NCBI GenBank assembly: GCA_964016885.1
Contig: OZ024761.1
Coordinates: forward strand, 16,368,001-16,432,000
DNA: 64,000 nt
Reading direction: 5' to 3'
DNA from: Eledone cirrhosa
Taxonomy: Eukaryota
Shown here piece by piece: positions 56,366 to 64,000 of the stretch. The notes beneath the pieces were generated by a model. That model saw nothing but the letters and a program-made list of their open reading frames with translations, did not search any database and had not been told where the DNA came from. The translations under genes and the position numbers were made by a program. Position 1 is the stretch's first letter, and every line of letters starts with the position of its first letter.

Positions 56366-58601
56366 CTCTAGTGGAGATATTTCTGAGATTGGAAACCCTA
56401 TCGATGTATGTATTTTGTCACTGAAAAGTTATCAAAAAATTATTATTATATATACATGTTTGTGTTTTTGACGTAAGTAAAACGAATCTATATACGAGAT
56501 TTTCGATACCTGCCAGAGCTAATGAAATAGTAAAAGAATATTTTTATTTTTCAATTATGTCAAACATCGTATGTGGTTCTTTATTAAAGAAATGCTAAAA
56601 TGGATTTAAAGATATGAAATTTGCACAGTAGAATTACGGCCGCTTGGCTGGCGTCTGGTAAAGTGGTGGTAGTGTAGGTTCGAGCGGAGGGGAAACTAAA
56701 AAGGTGGCTTCGAGATGATCGTGGCCCCGGGTAGCCCAGAAGATAGAGACCAATCTCTTAAATTAAAAAAAATTAAAATGTTTTAAACTTAAGATAAAGT
56801 AGAAGATCGAAACCCTATCTCCAAATCTATACACACTCAATTGATGCATAGATACACCACAACTACCCACACGACCACCTACAGACCAACAAATACGGAG
56901 TGAAAATAAACACATTTAAAGCTATTTTATTGTTAGACTAAAAATAAGTTTATATATGTAAATATTCAAAAGAAAATCACTTAAGTCTTTATAGTCTAGT
57001 GGTAAGACATAGGACTGGGGAATGTCGTGTTTGGATTTCGAATCAACTTAAAACATTATTTTTTTTATCCTCACACTGTAAGGAATTTGCTTGATTTGAA
57101 CACGTAGTCATACCATTTAAAGCTTTATTTTTCTCTTTCTAGTCGTAACACAGTCAGCATATAAATAAACGTGATTCACTTCAACACGTTGCCATACCAT
57201 TTAAAACTTTATTTGGAGATGAGACAAAGACACATAAATACACTAAGTAGTAAACCCTTGATTTAACTTACTATGAAGATGAAGAATGTCTGTTAATATC
57301 AAAGTGACGTTAAATTTAGGGGTCACTTTCATTGTTTTTAATTTACAGAAACTCCTTAATATAATACAATGTATATATTAGAAGGAATATTTTTTATTTT
57401 CTTGTTCCGTCAAACCTTGCGTTTATTCTACACACACACACACGTCGAAACACTTGCTTGAGGTGGCTTTCTTAGACATAATGAGAAGTGTTGGCTTTGT
57501 GGAGATTGATACAACTTTGGGTGATGTTACGAGGAGAGGCAAGGCTATGGAGAGTGTCTTAGTGGAAGAGATGATATCAGAGCAGTAACCTCCAAAGAGA
57601 TGAAATTAGTGACTGAGATGCTATCATTGCATAGTTCAGAATATATATAACAAACATATACTATAAATTTAACAAGTCAAACTACAGTTATACTCTAACA
57701 CGGAAGACAAATAAAACGTTACCTCTATCATGCACGTCGTATCCAGTGTGTTGTTATAAGAAAACCGGTGAAACACTAAATATGCCACCAGTGTAGCGAT
57801 TTTATACTCTCTCTGCTTCATCGTACCACCCAGTAACATGAAACTGTGTTCAAATCCCTGGGAGGTAGAATTACGTCGCTTTAAATAAACACACTGGGGG
57901 TCAGTTTGAATATTGATTTCATGTGAAAAATATATACATATTATGATTGTACTCCGAACTATTAATATTGAAACAATTCTAATGCGCCAATAAAATTTAT
58001 ATATCTATACAGCAACAGTGTTTTCGATCTTTCTTACTTTTTTATTCACATTCTACAGTCACTTTAACTCTGTAATAAAACCCAACACGAGACGAACGTT
58101 AGCTGCAGTTACCCACGAAATTAACTCACTCACAAATGAATATATATATATATATATACTACTAAAATGTATTTAAAATTAAAAAATAAATGCTTAAATT
58201 CAATGTATAATTTCACGTACAATATGTTTTGTTGTAAAACCCTAAATAATGATTTCAGAAATGATGTCAATCTCTTTGTACAGAGATAAACATTAATTTA
58301 TGTATATGCATTGTGTGTGCGTATATACTCCATTTAAGACAGCGAAAAAGCCAGTACCTTCTTCGAAGAATGCCAAATAGTTTATGCCTCAGGGATACCG
58401 GTGTAACACTAATTAAGTTACCGGTGTAGATATTTCAGTTGAACCCTGCTTCAACAAACTACCCGGTAATTTGAAATCGAGTTCAGAGTGAGGGGTGTAA
58501 AACAGAATTCTGTTTGGAAAATAGTAAATTCTAAACCTGCTAGAAATAATAGCCAAATGTCGTATTTTGGGTACGAGGTGCGACTCGTCTTACCTCTTCT
58601 A

Positions 58602-58633
<32 letters not shown>

Positions 58634-58982
58634 AGATTCACGGGTCGCTGCGGAGAGAAACCACAATAAATACAATGTACTCAATAGATTGGCATAGTAT
58701 ATATATATGTGTGTGTACATATAAATATGTGTGTGTGTGTGTATGTATATATATATATGTATAAATGTATATATACATATAAATACTTATATATATATAT
58801 ATACATAAACATATGTATACATACACACATATATAAATAAATATGTATGTATATATATATATCTGTGTGTCTATTTATATATATATATATATATATATAA
58901 TTATTACTTAGGTTCTAAGGAATATTCCGCGAATGTCGGGGTTTAATGTGTATATATATATATATATGTGTATATACATATT

Positions 58983-59362
58983 TATTACTTTCACTGTTAT
59001 TTCTAGCATAAAAAAGAAAAACCGGAAGGGGAGAAAATTGAAAAACTTCTTCTTTTTCCCTCCTCTAACTTTTCAAACAAAAGGAAATTTTATGTAAACA
59101 AAAACGAAATTTTTGCCAAGAAAGATAACTCTTCTCTGACTTAAATCCAAAATTGGGTTACAAAAAAATTCCGCAATTTTTTGTATCCCAACTTTGGATT
59201 TAAGTCAGAGAAGAGTTATCTTTCTTGGCAAAAATTTCGTTTTTGTTTACATAAAATTTCCTTTTGTTTGAAAAGTTAGAGGAGGGAAAAAGAAGAAGTT
59301 TTTCAATTTTCTCCACTTCCCGTTTTTTCTAGTGTATACTAGAAATAGCAGTCAAAGCAATA
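58983..59362. repeat. ~380-bp foldback hairpin, unit 7
   Basis: Same element; loop ATTCCGCAA. Confidence 0.95.
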
Positions 59363-59733
59363 TATATATGCCTTTTGTGACAATATATATTGTTTTAACG
59401 CTAGATTATTAACAACAATATATTGTATTTGTTGGCCTATTGGACGCAGAAGACGCTCACTCGATTTTTATTATATTTTACGTTGTATTTTGAGGTTTAT
59501 AGGCATTTCTATGGACCACCTACAATATTCGCGGTTTTTCACTATTCTCGGGTTCTCTAGGACTGTAAACCCCACGAATGCCGGGGGGTAACTGTATATG
59601 AATATATCGACTGATAATATACAGTATAATTGTACGAGTATGCATATACATAGCAATATATATACATATTTACACATATATGTACATATATATATATAGA
59701 CACACATGTATATATATATATATATAGACACAC

Positions 59734-59776
<43 letters not shown>

Positions 59777-59832
59777 TGTATGTATATATGTATACATATA
59801 TATATATATGAATGTCTGTATATATGTACATA

Positions 59833-59914
<82 letters not shown>

Positions 59915-62620
59915 CATAGACATGTGTGTGTGTGTACATTCTTAGGTATATACATATATATTTATACACACATACATACAAATATATATATTTCTATGAG
60001 TCACAGTTTATTACACATTGGAGACAGAGTGAGAGATTTAGCTTTCATTTTTAGCAGATTTAGAAACTTTGCAAACGCTTTATTTTTTCTTATTGCCGGT
60101 ACTCTGAACACGATTTGAAATGACTGGAGTGAGTTTATAAAAGGGTAAACTGAAATAGTTGCACCGGTAATATATTTAGTGTTACACCGGTATTTTCGAA
60201 ACAGTCTCTTTCGCATTCGTCTGCAAGAGGTAACGTTTTCTATGCCGTCTCTGTTAGTGTAGAACTGTAGGTTGACTTGCTTGGTTTTTACAACTCTTTG
60301 TCAACATGCATATTATTATTATATACTTTCAAACACACTTACATATATTATATTTATAAACATATAGGATTTTACTAAGTTTTTATTCTTTCTAATGTGA
60401 AGAGATAGAAATAATAAGTTAAAACTAAAGTATAATGATATAACAACTGTATATAATAGTTTTCTCCCCTTTATTGAGATGCAAACGTTTTAAAGAAAAA
60501 ACATGACAGTATAAGAAATATTTAATATCATAACATATAATATTTCAGGTAGGATGGTCGTTTCTCTTGTCTTCCACCTAGTTGTAGATTCTTCATGTCC
60601 TCTCTAGCCATAATTATGTCGTCGACATATTCATATTCTTGAATGAATTGCAAATCATAAGGTAGCCTTCTTGGTACATTTATTAGCTTTAATTCGTGTT
60701 TACACTGCTTGTAATAATTCGTACGTTTTTTTACTTTAGATGAAACATATATATAAAAACGTCTGTGGCTTTAGTATACCTTTAAGTTTGATTTCAATAG
60801 AAAAATATTTACTGAACATGTGTAACACAATTATAACTGGAGCTACTAAGTTCCTAGCCACTAGAAAATCTATTTGATAGAAGTTATTTCCTAGTTCTAT
60901 GCACTGTCAATATCCCTTCTACTTTTTATATGCTTGTGTTTGTTAAAGAAACATTCTCTGATTTTAGAAACCACGTTCTTCTCGCACCACCGTTGTAGTA
61001 ATTCTTGTTAAATGTTTTGTCTGGTCTATTGTCAATAAGTGTCCTTGTTTTCTGATTATGAATAAAGTTAAGTGGTCTACTGAATTGTCTTAATTATTGC
61101 TAATTTATAAGTTTGTTTAACTGCCGATAACTTTTAAATCTATTTCTTAGGTTGCTTAGGCCTACAAATCTTATATCAGTGTCCCTTCTTTTGACACTTT
61201 CTACGAGTGAATCCTTAAATTGACATTTTATTTTGGGTTGTACTGCCTTATCCCACCTATAACAGCTAGAAGCAAATATAGTAAAAACAGGTCCTTGACT
61301 GTGGAGACGAATATGAGTTATGTTGAATATAATTGTTGAGGTTTATTCAATCTAAGAGAAGAAAAAATAAGTAAAGTGCAAAATTAACGTTTAAAGACAA
61401 AAGTATTTCTCTTTCTCTCTGGCAAAATAAATCTGCTGTTTTTAGACCTAGAGGAGGGGAGGATTGACTCAGTCAGGTTTCAATGCCCACATGACGGTAA
61501 TTACGGCACCCCTACAACAACAGTTAAGTGTCTATAACCACCATGCATTTATGAGACTAAAAACCTTGCTAGTGTATTTTTATTTTGGTACAAAAGTTTT
61601 TAAATAATTTCATAAGTTTTAAATTCAAGTAAGTCCAATATAACGTATTTAAACGAATCTATAGATAGGATTTCAATATCTTCCAGAGCTTATGAAATAG
61701 TAAAACAATTTTTTTTTCTTTTCAATTATATCAAATACCATAAGTTGTTCTTTATTAAAGAAATGCTAAAATAGATTTAGTTAGTATGACTCTGAAATGT
61801 GTTCATAAACGGTAATGTTATGTTTTCCGTAGAGACTGTCTGTCTTACAGTATGTTTACACACAATACATACATGCATATACATAAATTAATTGTTTATT
61901 AGCTATATTCATCTGTTTACACACCTCGTAATAATTCGAGCGGTTTTGTTTTTGTTTTTTCTTCAGGAGAGACGTAGATAGAAAAACGTTCGTGGCTTTA
62001 GTATTGTTTAATTGCCGATAAATTTGAAATATATTTGTTAGGTTTCTTAGAACTACAAATCTTTCTTATGACACTTACTACGGAATAAATTCTTAGCTGG
62101 ATACTTTACTTTGTGATTACTTTCCTCCCAAAGCCATAACAGCTTGAATGAGATGTAGCAAAAACTTGTGAAGACTGACATGAGTTATGTTGAATATAAG
62201 TGTAGACGTAAAATATTTTTGTTTATTCAATCTAAAGAATTTTAAGTCAAGTGCAAAATTAATGTTTAAAGGCATAAGAAAGGTATCTCGCTTTCTCTCC
62301 TGTAAAACAAATAGGCTGTTTTTAGACCAGGAGGATGGGAGGATTGACTCAGTCAGATTTAAATGCACACATGACGGTAAATACGACAGTCCTACAACAG
62401 TTAAGTGTCTATAACAACCATGCATTTAAGAGACTGAAAACCTTACTAATGTGTTTTTATTTTGGTATTTAAAAACAAATTATATATTTAATTTCATGTA
62501 AGTCAAATACAATGTATTTAAATGAATCTACAGATGGAGTTGCAATATCTGCCAGGACTTTGGAAATAGAGAAATATATAATTTTTAAAATTAAAACTAC
62601 TTTTCAAAGGAATAATAAAG

Positions 62621-62655
<35 letters not shown>

Positions 62656-64000
62656 TCTCTAGTGGAGATATTTCTGAGATTGGAAACCCTATCGATGTAT
62701 GTATTTTGTCACTGAAAAGTTATCAAAAATTTATTATTATATATACATGTTTGTGTTTTTGACGTAAGTAAAACGAATCTATATACGAGATTTTCGATAC
62801 CTGCCAGAGCTAATGAAATAGTAAAAGAATATTTTTATTTTTCAATTATGTCAAACATCGTATGTGGTTCTTTATTAAAGAAATGCTAAAATGGATTTAA
62901 AGATATGAAATTTGCACAGTAGAATTACGGCCGCTTGGCTGGCGTCTGGTAAAGTGGTGGTAGTGTAGGTTCGAGCGGAGGGGAAACTAAAAAGGTGGCT
63001 TCGAGATGATCGTGGCCCCGGGTAGCCCAGAAGATAGAGACCAATCTCTTAAATTAAAAAAAATTAAAATGTTTTAAACTTAAGATAAAGTAGAAGATCG
63101 AAACCCTATCTCCAAATCTATACACACTCAATTGATGCATAGATACACCACAACTACCCACACGACCACCTACAGACCAACAAATACGGAGTGAAAATAA
63201 ACACATTTAAAGCTATTTTATTGTTAGACTAAAAATAAGTTTATATATGTAAATATTCAAAAGAAAATCACTTAAGTCTTTATAGTCTAGTGGTAAGACA
63301 TAGGACTGGGGAATGTCGTGTTTGGATTTCGAATCAACTTAAAACATTATTTTTTTTATCCTCACACTGTAAGGAATTTGCTTGATTTGAACACGTAGTC
63401 ATACCATTTAAAGCTTTATTTTTCTCTTTCTAGTCGTAACACAGTCAGCATATAAATAAACGTGATTCACTTCAACACGTTGCCATACCATTTAAAACTT
63501 TATTTGGAGATGAGACAAAGACACATAAATACACTAAGTAGTAAACCCTTGATTTAACTTACTATGAAGATGAAGAATGTCTGTTAATATCAAAGTGACG
63601 TTAAATTTAGGGGTCACTTTCATTGTTTTTAATTTACAGAAACTCCTTAATATAATACAATGTATATATTAGAAGGAATATTTTTTATTTTCTTGTTCCG
63701 TCAAACCTTGCGTTTATTCTACACACACACACGTCGAAACACTTGCTTGAGGTGGCTTTCTTAGACATAATGAGAAGTGTTGGCTTTGTGGAGATTGATA
63801 CAACTTTGGGTGATGTTACGAGGAGAGGCAAGGCTATGGAGAGTGTCTTAGTGGAAGAGATGATATCAGAGCAGTAACCTCCAAAGAGATGAAATTAGTG
63901 ACTGAGATGCTATCATTGCATAGTTCAGAATATATATAACAAACATATACTATAAATTTAACAAGTCAAACTACAGTTATACTCTAACACGGAAGACAAA

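Larger units (their letters stand above)
18334..64000. repeat. Tandem macrosatellite, ~6.2-6.3 kb unit, 7 complete copies plus a partial; continues past the window end
   Basis: Marker TCTCGCTTTCTCTCCTG recurs at 18334, 24550, 30797, 37110, 43393, 49706, 55991 and 62286 (unit lengths 6216, 6247, 6313, 6283, 6313, 6285, 6295). Confidence 0.98.

Noticed and set aside
18334-64000. rDNA, 5S, histone or snRNA tandem cluster, or a CRISPR-like array, as the explanation of the repeat
   Set aside because: No recognisable rRNA, histone or snRNA sequence in the unit, and no short repeat-spacer architecture.

Overview
AT-rich, repeat-dominated eukaryotic DNA. The SINE families and long (TA)n arrays suggest an octopus/coleoid cephalopod (inference). 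Bases 1-7161 look intronic: SINEs, nested Tigger-like and piggyBac-like MITEs, a U2 snRNA pseudogene, a Penelope-type minimal hammerhead motif, and one clean 45-nt exon of a PTEN/TPTE(VSP)-family phosphatase (5823-5867). After a 200-N gap come a 5'-truncated CR1/L2-group LINE embedded in (TA)n, a cluster of foldbacks including a triple-hammerhead locus, and a SINE sharing the LINE's 3' tail. From about 18.3 kb to the end there is a tandem macrosatellite of ~6.2-6.3 kb units (7 full copies plus one partial) with a partial A/B higher-order pattern. Each unit carries a ~380-bp near-perfect hairpin showing arm-to-arm co-variation and a flipped loop, hAT-like inverted ends, a tRNA-like Pol III head, and two diverged minus-strand pseudogene modules with a signal-peptide-like N-terminus of unknown family. 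Almost all ORFs in the supplied track are microsatellite artefacts.
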